The translations under genes and the position numbers were made by a program. The notes beneath the pieces are model-generated. The model searched no databases, was not told where the DNA came from, and saw nothing but the letters and a program-made list of their open reading frames with translations. Positions 25,373-34,728 of a stretch of DNA of 64,000 bases are shown here, piece after piece; positions within the stretch are counted from its first letter, which is position 1; every line of letters begins with the position of its first letter. This DNA comes from Flavobacteriales bacterium (GTDB lineage Bacteria; Bacteroidota; Bacteroidia; Flavobacteriales; BACL11). The stretch is taken from contig CANNBA010000003.1 in NCBI GenBank assembly GCA_947502765.1, positions 50,236-114,235 on the forward strand. The letters are read 5' to 3'.

Positions 25373-26302
25373 TTAAACTAATCCTCTACCTACTTTTTTA
25401 ATCTTCCCTTCTTTTGTATAAGTTTTTACAAAATTATCTAAAAGACCATTTACAAATAATTTGCTTTTTGAGGTGCTGTAATATTTTGCAATTTCAATGT
25501 ACTCATTCATAGATACCTTGATTGGTAAATTTGGCATTGTTAAGATTTCTGCAAAAGCCATTTTAAGAAAAAGTTGATCCATTTTTGCAATACGCTCCAA
25601 TTCCCAATTTTTGGCAAATTTTACAATAATCTTTTCGTATTCAACATTGTTATTTATTGTATTTCTAAAAAGATGTAAGGCAAACTCTTTATCCGAAATA
25701 TCATTAAAGACTCCCTCAGGATTCATACTCGTATCATCTTTAATATCCCCAAAAATAATGGTAGCAATAAATGGCAAATCATCAATCCAGTAAATACTTC
25801 TTTCCTCAAAAATATGATGTACAAGTTCATTATTAAGGACATAATCATTCATTACATCAATAATAAACTTCTTATCGTAATCAGAAGATTTATTATTAGA
25901 TTCTAAATACTTAGTATATAGCTCAGACTTAAGAATTATATTAAATAATTTACGTGCAATATCATGATCATTTTTTAGCCAAATACCTGAAACTTTTGAC
26001 ACTTTATCCATCAAAGTCTGATCATTTCGGATACTAGAAATAATTTTATTATTTACAAACCTTGTATTTGGATCTAAGTCAAGTGGAGAAGGTAGGTGTT
26101 TCTTTTTGCCATCTTCATAAAAATTATCTGCATGTTTTACAATCTCAATAAGCAATGAAATTATTACTAATTTCAATTCAACTACCTCATCAAAATGCTT
26201 GAGCATTGCTTTTTCGGCAGCTGGGATTTGGTTGGTTTTTGAAGAGAAGTAAGCATACAAAGATTGCATTACTTTTATTCTAATATGTCTTCTACTGAGC
26301 AT
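25373..26302 (-). CDS. nusB: Transcription antitermination factor NusB (long Bacteroidota form)
   Basis: N-terminal RRHIRIKVMQSLYAY and C-terminal NusB core (ELERIAKMDQLFLKMAFAEIL...INEYIEIAKYYST..S..FVNGLLD). Confidence 0.75.
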   Translation of the reverse strand: MLSRRHIRIKVMQSLYAYFSSKTNQIPAAEKAMLKHFDEVVELKLVIISLLIEIVKHADNFYEDGKKKHLPSPLDLDPNTRFVNNKIISSIRNDQTLMDKVSKVSGIWLKNDHDIARKLFNIILKSELYTKYLESNNKSSDYDKKFIIDVMNDYVLNNELVHHIFEERSIYWIDDLPFIATIIFGDIKDDTSMNPEGVFNDISDKEFALHLFRNTINNNVEYEKIIVKFAKNWELERIAKMDQLFLKMAFAEILTMPNLPIKVSMNEYIEIAKYYSTSKSKLFVNGLLDNFVKTYTKEGKIKKVGRGLV

Positions 26303-26308
26303 TAGATA

Positions 26309-27400
26309 TTAAGCGTTTTTTCTCTCGTTAATTCTTTGTTGAGCCATTTCTAAGGCTGCTTGATGTGTTGTAATTTGTTCCAACTCCGCTTTATTTAAAA
26401 TCTCTAAAGTGGTATGGTATATTTCTCTAGTTTGACTCATAGCTTGTTCTCTATTATATCCTTTAAGTTCAGAATACACATTTATTAACCCTCCAGCATT
26501 AATCAAAAAGTCAGGAGCATAACAGATTCCTTTATCAGCACATAGTTTCCCGTCTCTTTCCTCATCTGCTAACTGATTATTTGCAGCACCAGCAATAATC
26601 TCACATTTTAATCTACTAATTGTATCCGGATTAACAGTACCGCCCAAAGCACAAGGAGCATAAATATCCATATCTAAATCAAAAATAGCATCACCCATTA
26701 CTATAGTCGCACCAAACTTCTGAGCTGACTCATTTAATTTTTGCTCATTTATATCATTAATAATAACATGTGCTCCTTCTTCAGTTAAGTGTTTTACCAG
26801 GTTTTCTCCAACGTGACCAACCCCTTGAACTACAACAGTTTTACCCACTAATTTATCAGAGCCCCATTTGAATTTTGCGGATGCTTTCATTCCCATATAT
26901 ACACCAAAAGCAGTTACAGGAGAAGGATCTCCACTACCACCCATGCTTTCAGGAATACCCGTAACATGTTTGGTTTCCATACGCACATATTCCATATCCT
27001 TGGTGCTCATGCCTACATCTTCAGCAGTAATATATTTACCTCCAAGACTATCAACATATTGTCCGAATTTACGCATTAATGCTTCCGTTTTCTCAGTTTT
27101 AGAATTACCCATAATAACTGCTTTACCGCCTCCTAATTCAAGTCCTGATATTGCCGCTTTAAGGGTCATTCCTCTTGATAATCTTAAAACATCTTGAAAA
27201 GCATCTTCTTCATCAGCATAATCCCACATTCTAGTGCCTCCTAAAGCAGGGCCTAAAGTAGTATCGTGAATTGCAATAATAGCTTTTAAACCTGTTTCGG
27301 CATCTTGGCAGAAAACTACTTGTTCATGTCCCATAAGAGTCATCTTGCTAAGTGCTAAATCCTTTCTTTCAACTGTTTTTTGTGCCTTTGCTATTGTCAT
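26309..27400 (-). CDS. Leucine (Glu/Leu/Phe/Val-family) dehydrogenase
   Basis: GPALGGTRMW, catalytic Lys context LELGGGKAVI, and Rossmann VVVQGVGHVG. Confidence 0.85.
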   Translation of the reverse strand: MTIAKAQKTVERKDLALSKMTLMGHEQVVFCQDAETGLKAIIAIHDTTLGPALGGTRMWDYADEEDAFQDVLRLSRGMTLKAAISGLELGGGKAVIMGNSKTEKTEALMRKFGQYVDSLGGKYITAEDVGMSTKDMEYVRMETKHVTGIPESMGGSGDPSPVTAFGVYMGMKASAKFKWGSDKLVGKTVVVQGVGHVGENLVKHLTEEGAHVIINDINEQKLNESAQKFGATIVMGDAIFDLDMDIYAPCALGGTVNPDTISRLKCEIIAGAANNQLADEERDGKLCADKGICYAPDFLINAGGLINVYSELKGYNREQAMSQTREIYHTTLEILNKAELEQITTHQAALEMAQQRINERKNA

Positions 27401-27526
27401 AAATATGTCAATTTTTACTATTTAATAAGATAATTCAACTTTAAAAAAGAAATAACTTCTATTTTTAAAGCGGTCGCGAATTTACTTATTATTTTTGGCA
27501 ATTCAATTAAAGTATAGAAGCAACTA

Positions 27527-29275
27527 ATGAAACACTTAAAATATCTCAATAAATTTCTATGGAAATACCGTAACTTACTTATAATAGGAACTGTATTTAT
27601 TGTAATTGCCAGCCTACTTGCATTATACCCAGCTGAATTTGTTCGTAAAGCATTTGATGCTGTACTTTTAAGTGTAAAAGAAGGGACTCAATCATCAGAT
27701 AGCATTAGCTATACCCTCTTAAAATATGGAGGACTTATAGTATTGTTTGAGATACTCAAAGGAATTTTTATGTTTTTTATGAGGCAAACAATAATTGTAA
27801 TGAGCCGGAAGATAGAATTTGACCTCAAAAATGAAATCTATCAACAGTATCAAAATCTAAGTATGAGTTTTTATAAAAAGAACAAAACTGGGGATTTGAT
27901 GAATAGAATATCGGAAGATGTAAGTAGAGTGAGAATGTATTTAGGGCCAGCATTAATGTATGGAATAAATATAGTGATACTATTTTACTTGGTAATTTCA
28001 AAAATGTTAACCATTAATAGTACCCTGACTTTATATGTGCTTTTACCGCTTCCAATATTAGCAATACTAGTGTATTTCGTAAGTAATACTATTAACAAAA
28101 AAAGTGAAAGAGTACAAGAACAACTCTCTCAAATAACTACTATATCTCAAGAAACTTTTTCTGGAATAAAAATCATTAAATCATTTGGTAATGAGACAAA
28201 TACTTGGCAAGTATTTTTAGAGTCATGCAAGGCATATACTAGCAAACAAATGAAATTAGTACAAGTTGAAGCTGTATTTTATCCTCTTATTATTACTATG
28301 GTAGGAATGAGCACTATTTTTACCATATATGTAGGAGGGCTTGAAAGTTTTAAAGGAACTATCACTACTGGAAACATTGCTGAATTTATCATTTATGTAA
28401 ACATGTTAGTTTGGCCAGTTACTTCAGTGGGTTGGATCACATCACTAGTACAAAGAGCAGCTGCATCACAAGAAAGAATAAATGATTTTTTACTTTTAGA
28501 ATCAGAAATTCAGAACAATATTAAAGAACACACCCCAATTATTGGAGATGTTCATTTTAAGAATGTAAGCCTTACTTATGATGATACTAATATTACTGCC
28601 CTAAATGATGTCAGTTTTACTATTAAAGAAGGAACTAGTTTAGGGATTTTTGGAAAAACAGGAAGTGGAAAATCGACCATTGCAAATCTAGTATGTCGAT
28701 TATACGAAACCACTAAAGGTGATATTAAATTTGGAAACACTAACATTAAGAATCTCAATTTATTTAGCTTGAGATCATGCATGGGTTATATCCCACAAGA
28801 TGGTTATTTATTTTCGGGATCGATAAAAGAAAACATTGCGTTCGCAAGCAATACAATTGATGAAAAGGAAATTCTGGAAGCTGCAAAAAAAGCAGAAATA
28901 CTAGAAGAAACTGAAAAATTTACGGAAGGATTTGAAACCATAATTGGAGAAAGAGGAGTTAAACTATCTGGGGGGCAAAGACAAAGACTGGCTATTGCTC
29001 GTACCTTTTACAAAAAACCAAATCTATTTATTTTTGATGATTGTTTGTCAGCAGTTGATGCAACAAAAGAGCAAAAAATATTAAAAAACTTAAAAGCGGA
29101 AAGTAGCGGAAAAACATCCATAATTATAAGCCATAGAATTGCAACTCTTAAGCATACCGACCATATTATTGTTCTAGAAGAAGGCAAAATAATTGAACAA
29201 GGAACCCATCAATCTTTACTTAAAAGTAAGGGCTTTTATTATGAAATAAATAAAAGTCAAAGTAAATCCATTTAG
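27527..29275 (+). CDS. ABC transporter, fused permease/ATPase (MsbA/exporter type)
   Basis: Six-TM N-terminal half. Walker A GKTGSGKST, signature LSGGQRQRLAIAR, Walker B LFIFDDCLSAVD. A TATTTTTG box lies at 27490-27497. Confidence 0.9.
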   Translation: MKHLKYLNKFLWKYRNLLIIGTVFIVIASLLALYPAEFVRKAFDAVLLSVKEGTQSSDSISYTLLKYGGLIVLFEILKGIFMFFMRQTIIVMSRKIEFDLKNEIYQQYQNLSMSFYKKNKTGDLMNRISEDVSRVRMYLGPALMYGINIVILFYLVISKMLTINSTLTLYVLLPLPILAILVYFVSNTINKKSERVQEQLSQITTISQETFSGIKIIKSFGNETNTWQVFLESCKAYTSKQMKLVQVEAVFYPLIITMVGMSTIFTIYVGGLESFKGTITTGNIAEFIIYVNMLVWPVTSVGWITSLVQRAAASQERINDFLLLESEIQNNIKEHTPIIGDVHFKNVSLTYDDTNITALNDVSFTIKEGTSLGIFGKTGSGKSTIANLVCRLYETTKGDIKFGNTNIKNLNLFSLRSCMGYIPQDGYLFSGSIKENIAFASNTIDEKEILEAAKKAEILEETEKFTEGFETIIGERGVKLSGGQRQRLAIARTFYKKPNLFIFDDCLSAVDATKEQKILKNLKAESSGKTSIIISHRIATLKHTDHIIVLEEGKIIEQGTHQSLLKSKGFYYEINKSQSKSI

Positions 29276-29314
29276 TCATTTGATAATTTGATGTTTACAT
29301 TTTATTATTTTTTT

Positions 29315-29322
29315 TATATTTG
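29315..29322 (+). promoter_or_regulatory. Candidate -7 promoter box (TATATTTG) for the PUR-like gene
   Basis: Exact TAnnTTTG match, 23 nt upstream of ATG 29346. Confidence 0.4.
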
Positions 29323-29345
29323 ACAAATTATTAAAACCAACTAAG

Positions 29346-29717
29346 ATGACTGATAAACAGGAGATGCAAGAAATTTTTTCAAAAAAAGTAAGAGCAGGAA
29401 GAAGAACCTATTTTTTTGATGTGCGATCGACCAAAGCTGGAGATTATTACATGACAATTACGGAAAGCGTAAAGGATGTTACTGATGAAGGAGTCTCGTC
29501 ATACCGAAAACATAAAATATACCTTTACAAAGAAGACTTTAGTAATTTTAAAGAAGCATTTGAACAAGTAAATAGCTATATTATTGCAGAAAAAGGAGAA
29601 GCAATAATTTCGGATAAGAAATTTGAAAAAAATGAAGAAAAAAGTTCCTTTGATACCAAAAAAGAATCATCAACTGATTTTACTGAAGTTAATTTTGAAG
29701 ATTTAGGAAAAGATTAA
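29346..29717 (+). CDS. DUF3276 / PUR-alpha-like nucleic-acid-binding protein
   Basis: IFSKKVRAGRRTYFFDVRSTKAGDYYMTITES...HKIYLYKEDF matches the bacterial PUR-repeat family pattern, with an acidic C-terminal tail. Confidence 0.7.
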   Translation: MTDKQEMQEIFSKKVRAGRRTYFFDVRSTKAGDYYMTITESVKDVTDEGVSSYRKHKIYLYKEDFSNFKEAFEQVNSYIIAEKGEAIISDKKFEKNEEKSSFDTKKESSTDFTEVNFEDLGKD

Positions 29718-29740
29718 AAGAAATACACTAACAACAAGTA

Positions 29741-29767
29741 AAAACCCCTATTTATAGGGGTTTTTTA
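29741..29767 (+). terminator. Rho-independent terminator
   Basis: AAAACCCCTA-TTTA-TAGGGGTTTT hairpin followed by a T-tract, 24 nt after the stop at 29717. Confidence 0.75.
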
Positions 29768-29876
29768 TTTAGAAAAACTTTTAACAAATCATGATTTTGT
29801 TGATAATTTGATACTCTTTTAAAATTGAAAAAGTGCAAATACTGTTTACTTTTATACCCGTAAAACAAACTATACA

Positions 29877-30650
29877 ATGGGAAGAATAATTGCAATAGCA
29901 AACCAAAAGGGGGGAGTAGGAAAAACAACTACAGCTATGAACTTAGCGGGTAGTTTAGGTATACTTGAAAAAAAAGTGTTACTCATTGATGCCGACCCTC
30001 AAGCCAATGCTACATCAGGAGTTGGTCACAACCCTCAAGAAATAAAACAAGGGATATACGAATGTCTTATAGGAAAAGCAAAAGCTAGTGATTGTATAAT
30101 TAGCACCCAAAGTCCAAATTTAGATTTACTTCCAGCCAATATCGACCTAGTTGGTGCAGAACTGGAACTTGTAAATCTTGAGCAAAGAGAATACCAAATG
30201 CAAAAAGCATTAGCTCCAATAAAAGACAATTACGATTACATTATTATAGATTGTGCCCCATCATTAGGATTGCTTACTCTTAATGCTTTATCAGCTTCCG
30301 ATAGCGTTATAGTACCTATACAATGCGAATATTTTGCTCTAGAAGGTTTAGGAAAATTACTAAATACCATAAAAGTAGTACAACAAAGACTTAACATTAA
30401 CTTAGAGATTGAAGGGCTATTATTAACTATGTACGATACCCGCTTACGATTATCTAACCAAGTGGTTGAAGAAGTAAAAACACACTTTCAAAATATGGTT
30501 TTCAAAACAATTATTCACAGAAATGTGCGTTTAGGAGAGTCACCATCATTTGGAGAAACAATTGTAATACATGATGCTACAAGTAAAGGAGCAATAAACT
30601 ATCTTAACTTAGCTAACGAATTATTGCAAAAGCTAGCAGTAACAGTTTAA
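29877..30650 (+). CDS. parA: Chromosome partitioning ATPase ParA/Soj
   Basis: Deviant Walker A NQKGGVGKTTTAMNLA and DCAPSLG. Confidence 0.9.
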   Translation: MGRIIAIANQKGGVGKTTTAMNLAGSLGILEKKVLLIDADPQANATSGVGHNPQEIKQGIYECLIGKAKASDCIISTQSPNLDLLPANIDLVGAELELVNLEQREYQMQKALAPIKDNYDYIIIDCAPSLGLLTLNALSASDSVIVPIQCEYFALEGLGKLLNTIKVVQQRLNINLEIEGLLLTMYDTRLRLSNQVVEEVKTHFQNMVFKTIIHRNVRLGESPSFGETIVIHDATSKGAINYLNLANELLQKLAVTV

Positions 30651-30653
30651 AAT

Positions 30654-31562
30654 ATGACTAAAGAAAGAGGGGCATTAGGAAGAGGCTTGGCATCAATCCT
30701 TGGCAGTAGCACTACTGATTTCACAAAGGATTCAACTGAAAAAAACACAAATCAATCAGCTGTAGTTGGCAGTACACATGAAATACTTATTTCACAAATA
30801 ATTACTAATCCTTTTCAGCCCAGAACAAAATTTGATCAAGAAAAATTAAACGAACTTGCTATTTCCATTGAGCAATTAGGAATTATACAACCTATTACTG
30901 TTCGTAAAATGAAAGAGGATGAATTTCAATTGATTTCAGGAGAAAGAAGATTTAGAGCTTCAATGCTAGCAGGACTTGAAAAAATACCCGCTTTTATAAG
31001 AATAGCTAACGACCAAGAAATGCTTGAAATGGCATTGGTCGAAAATATTCAAAGGGAAGATCTTAATCCAATTGAGGTAGCCCTAAGCTACCAAAGATTG
31101 ATTGAAGAAATAAAACTAACCCAAGAACAGTGCAGTGAGCGTGTAGGCAAAAACAGAAGTACAGTAACTAATTTTTTACGCCTTTTAAAACTCCCTGAAG
31201 CAATACAAAAAGGATTGAGTGATGGCACAATTAGTAATGGACATGCTAGATCACTGCTCTCCATACAATCAGAAGAATCGCAAATTAATTTATACCATGA
31301 TATTGTTGCAAATGGCTACTCAGTAAGAGAGGTAGAGCAACTAACAAAAGAATTTGCTGATAAAACCTATAGCAGAACTTCAAAAGTTAGTAGCATTGCT
31401 ACACCACTTCCTTTTTCACAACAAAAAATGGTACACGATTTATCAAAAAATCTTAATGCTTCTATAGAATTAAAACGCAACAAGAAAGGAAAAGGAAAAC
31501 TGATGATTCCTTTTAATAATGATGAAGATTTTGAAAGAATAATTGGCATTCTAAACAACTAA
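30654..31562 (+). CDS. parB: Chromosome partitioning protein ParB/Spo0J
   Basis: NPFQPR, GIIQPITVR, ISGERRFRAS, and an HTH segment (EQCSERVGKNRSTVTNFLRLL). Confidence 0.9.
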   Translation: MTKERGALGRGLASILGSSTTDFTKDSTEKNTNQSAVVGSTHEILISQIITNPFQPRTKFDQEKLNELAISIEQLGIIQPITVRKMKEDEFQLISGERRFRASMLAGLEKIPAFIRIANDQEMLEMALVENIQREDLNPIEVALSYQRLIEEIKLTQEQCSERVGKNRSTVTNFLRLLKLPEAIQKGLSDGTISNGHARSLLSIQSEESQINLYHDIVANGYSVREVEQLTKEFADKTYSRTSKVSSIATPLPFSQQKMVHDLSKNLNASIELKRNKKGKGKLMIPFNNDEDFERIIGILNN

Positions 31563-31563
31563 T

Positions 31564-32073
31564 TTGTCAGCAATCAAGCAAATACTAATTGTTCTTTTTT
31601 GGAGTGCTTGCACTATTGTTTCAGCACAAGAAACAGAAAATAAAATTCCTAAGAAAGCGGGACTTTATTCGGCTATACTACCTGGGGCTGGACAAGTTTA
31701 CACCAAAAAATATTGGAAAGTCCCAATTATTTATGCAGGACTTATTACCTCAGCCTATTACATAAAAGAAAGTAATGACTTTTATCAACTTTATAAAACA
31801 ACCTACTTAAACCGACTTGACGGCAATAACTCTGATGAATTTTATGGAAAATATTCTAATCCACAATTAATAGAATTAACCGATCATTACAGAAGAAATA
31901 GAGAAATCTCCATTCTTTGTTTTGTTGGAACATATATTTTAAATATTGTTGACGCCTCAGTAAACGCTCATCTTTTTGATTATGATGTAAGTGATGATTT
32001 ATCCTTACATATTCAGCCCGTATATTTTTCAAAAGAAAATGCTACCGGTTTATCATTATCCTTTAATTTGTAA
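31564..32073 (+). CDS. DUF5683-like exported/membrane protein
   Basis: Signal peptide and SAILPGAGQVYTKKYWKVPIIYAG. It occupies the conserved position after parB. TTG start. Confidence 0.6.
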   Translation: MSAIKQILIVLFWSACTIVSAQETENKIPKKAGLYSAILPGAGQVYTKKYWKVPIIYAGLITSAYYIKESNDFYQLYKTTYLNRLDGNNSDEFYGKYSNPQLIELTDHYRRNREISILCFVGTYILNIVDASVNAHLFDYDVSDDLSLHIQPVYFSKENATGLSLSFNL

Positions 32074-32082
32074 GTTAGCGCT

Positions 32083-32751
32083 ATGAAAATTGCAATACTT
32101 GGTAATGGCAAAATGGGCAAGCGAATTAGTGAGTTAGCCATCAAAAAAGGACATAGTATTGTTTGTATTTCCGATTCCAAAACTCCAGCAAAATCACTTG
32201 ATTTAAGCATAGCTGATGTGGCAATTGATTTTAGTACACCTACTACTGCTTTTGAAAATATTTATCATGCAATTAATAGCGGTATTCCAATAATTTCAGG
32301 CACAACAGCTTGGCTTGATAAATTGCAAAACATAAATGATTTGTGTATTAAAAAAGAAGGCGCTTTTTTATATGCTTCAAATTTTAGTTTAGGCGTAAAT
32401 ATCTTTTTTGAACTTAATAAAAAACTAGCTACACTGATGAAAAATCAAAGTTATGAAAGTAAAATACATGAAATTCATCACACTCAGAAACTTGATTCTC
32501 CAAGTGGAACTGCTATTACTTTAGCAGTACAAATGAATGAAATATTAATGACCAAAACTAAAATAACTGCTGATAGAATTGATGATATTCCTGGCACACA
32601 TCAAATAACTTACTCATCAAAAGTAGATAAGATTGAAATCAAACATACGGCTAATAATCGTGATGGTTTTGCAATGGGAGCAATTATAGCTGCAGAATGG
32701 ATAATAGGTAAAAAAGGCATTTATAGCATGAAAGATGTATTAGCACAATAA
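32083..32751 (+). CDS. dapB: 4-hydroxy-tetrahydrodipicolinate reductase
   Basis: N-terminal Rossmann (KIAILGNGKMG) and signature EIHHTQKLDSPSGTA. Confidence 0.85.
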   Translation: MKIAILGNGKMGKRISELAIKKGHSIVCISDSKTPAKSLDLSIADVAIDFSTPTTAFENIYHAINSGIPIISGTTAWLDKLQNINDLCIKKEGAFLYASNFSLGVNIFFELNKKLATLMKNQSYESKIHEIHHTQKLDSPSGTAITLAVQMNEILMTKTKITADRIDDIPGTHQITYSSKVDKIEIKHTANNRDGFAMGAIIAAEWIIGKKGIYSMKDVLAQ

Positions 32752-32777
32752 AAAAAATTAAATTCGTTTTAAAGAAT

Positions 32778-34043
32778 ATGAAAAAATTAAAAGAACTTTT
32801 AGGCAAATCATTTAAGGTAGTAGTATTTATTATTGGAACAATTATATGGAGTGTATTTGTTTACACAATTGATGGAGAATGGCTCTATTTTATGCCCTTA
32901 ATAGCTGGAGATATTTTATTTTGGGAAACCATTTCATGGCAATTCTGGAAAAAGAAAGAAAACTCCCCAGAAAAGAAGAAAAAAAGTGAGGGAGAATCAT
33001 GGTTTAATGCCATTTTGTTTGCTGTTATTGCAGCAACTATTTTACGAACTTTCCTTATTGAAGCCTATACCATTCCAACTTCATCCATGGAAAAATCAAT
33101 GCTTGTTGGCGATTTTCTTTTTGTAAGTAAATTAAGTTATGGTCCAAGAGTTCCTATGACTCCTTTGGCATTTCCACTAGTACACCATACCATTCCTTTT
33201 TTTGGAACTAAATCTTATTCTGAAAGTATACAACTTCCTTACCACAGAATGAAAGGATTAGGAAAAATTGAAAGAAATGACTGTGTGGTATTCAATTGGC
33301 CAGCCGAAAACATAGGAAGACCTGTTGACAAAAAAGAGAACTATGTAAAAAGATGTGTTGGAATTCCTGGTGATATACTGGAACTTAAAAATGCAGATCT
33401 TTTTGTAAATGGAACTCCACAAAAAGAATTTGAGGGCATGAAAAAACAATGGGTTTATGATGTAAGCACTACAGGAACTGGTTTAAATCCAAACATCCTT
33501 TTGGAAAAATATGATATTACTGAAGGTGGCTATGGGCGCAATAGAAATGAATACATTCTTACTCTGACAGATGCTAATCGTGACGCATTAAGTACTTTTC
33601 CAAATGTAACTAAAGTAGAAAGAAATGTAAAAGAATTAGGAGTATATGAAGATTATATTTTCCCTCATGATGAAAATTACAAATGGAATCTAGATAATTT
33701 TGGTCCTATTACAATACCAGAAGCTGGTAGTACGGTTGAACTTTCAACTGAAAATATATCCATATACAAAGAGATTATTGAGCGCTATGAAAACAATAAG
33801 CTTGAAATAATGGAAGGTGGAATTTACATCAATAATAAAGTGGCAACTACTTATACTTTTAAAATGAATTACTACTGGATGATGGGAGATAATCGGCACA
33901 ATTCTGCTGATAGTAGATTTTGGGGATTTGTACCTGAAAATCATATTGTGGGCAAAGCTTTATTTGTATGGATGAGCTGGTATAAAAATGCAAAAGGACT
34001 AAAAAAAGTCAGATGGAACAGGTTATTTACTAGTGTTAAATAA
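32778..34043 (+). CDS. lepB: Signal peptidase I (long form)
   Basis: Catalytic Ser box IPTSSMEKSM, Lys box YVKRCVGIPGD, and GDNRHNSADSRFWGFVP. Confidence 0.85.
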   Translation: MKKLKELLGKSFKVVVFIIGTIIWSVFVYTIDGEWLYFMPLIAGDILFWETISWQFWKKKENSPEKKKKSEGESWFNAILFAVIAATILRTFLIEAYTIPTSSMEKSMLVGDFLFVSKLSYGPRVPMTPLAFPLVHHTIPFFGTKSYSESIQLPYHRMKGLGKIERNDCVVFNWPAENIGRPVDKKENYVKRCVGIPGDILELKNADLFVNGTPQKEFEGMKKQWVYDVSTTGTGLNPNILLEKYDITEGGYGRNRNEYILTLTDANRDALSTFPNVTKVERNVKELGVYEDYIFPHDENYKWNLDNFGPITIPEAGSTVELSTENISIYKEIIERYENNKLEIMEGGIYINNKVATTYTFKMNYYWMMGDNRHNSADSRFWGFVPENHIVGKALFVWMSWYKNAKGLKKVRWNRLFTSVK

Positions 34044-34650
34044 ACCCTTATTAGCTACAGCATATCTAGCGCCAATCGGCTATTACGCAATACTTTTACA
34101 AAATACAGATTGCAAAATTGAACACCACGAGCATTTTGTAAAACAGAGTATTCGAAATAGATGTGAGATTTATAGTGCAAATGGAAAATTACGCTTAACA
34201 ATACCAAAACAGGCACAAGGAAGCAGCAAAACCCTAATAACTGACATTAAAATTGCTTACAAGCAGAGATGGCAGCAAGAACATTGGAATGCAATTGTAT
34301 CAGCTTATAACTCCTCCCCTTTTTTTGAATATTATAAAGATGAACTAAAACCTTTTTTTGAAGAAAAAGAAGTTTACTTAACCAACAATAACAATGGATT
34401 GCAGGAAAAGATTTTAAAGTTTTTGAAAGTAAACGCAAAGCAAATTCCTAGCACTGAATACAAGCACACAGGAGATTTTACTGATTTAAGAAATCATAAA
34501 TTCGTAAGTAAAAAAATGGAAAAATACGATCAGGTTTTTATGGAAAAACATGGCTTTATTGCTAATCTTTCTATTTTAGATTTGCTTTTTAATTTAGGTC
34601 CTGAAAGTGGAGCATATCTAGCCAATATGGACACTAGTTTTGACATATAA
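34033..34650 (+). CDS. WbqC-family protein
   Basis: The pattern YLAPIGYYA...HEHFVKQSIRNRCEI...PFFEYY...NLSILDLLFN is as recalled for the WbqC family. It overlaps the lepB 3' end by 11 nt. Confidence 0.65.
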   Translation: MLNKPLLATAYLAPIGYYAILLQNTDCKIEHHEHFVKQSIRNRCEIYSANGKLRLTIPKQAQGSSKTLITDIKIAYKQRWQQEHWNAIVSAYNSSPFFEYYKDELKPFFEEKEVYLTNNNNGLQEKILKFLKVNAKQIPSTEYKHTGDFTDLRNHKFVSKKMEKYDQVFMEKHGFIANLSILDLLFNLGPESGAYLANMDTSFDI

Positions 34651-34705
34651 AATAGTAGACAAGATAAGTCTCTCTATTAAATACTAATTTATAACATCTA
34701 TTTTT

Positions 34706-34713
34706 TATTTTTG
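34706..34713 (+). promoter_or_regulatory. Candidate -7 promoter box (TATTTTTG) for the carboxyltransferase gene
   Basis: Exact TAnnTTTG match. It overlaps the TTG (34711) used by the ORF track, which argues for ATG 34729 as the true start. Confidence 0.4.
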
Positions 34714-34728
34714 ACAAAAATTAACCTA

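Noticed and set aside
29718-31562. Search for parS-like palindromes (TGTTnCACGTGnAACA) around parAB.
   Set aside because: None was seen in the spacer or in the parB 3' region. The only CACGTG I noticed, near 60174 inside pdxH, lacks the flanking arms. My scan was manual, so a computational search is still needed.
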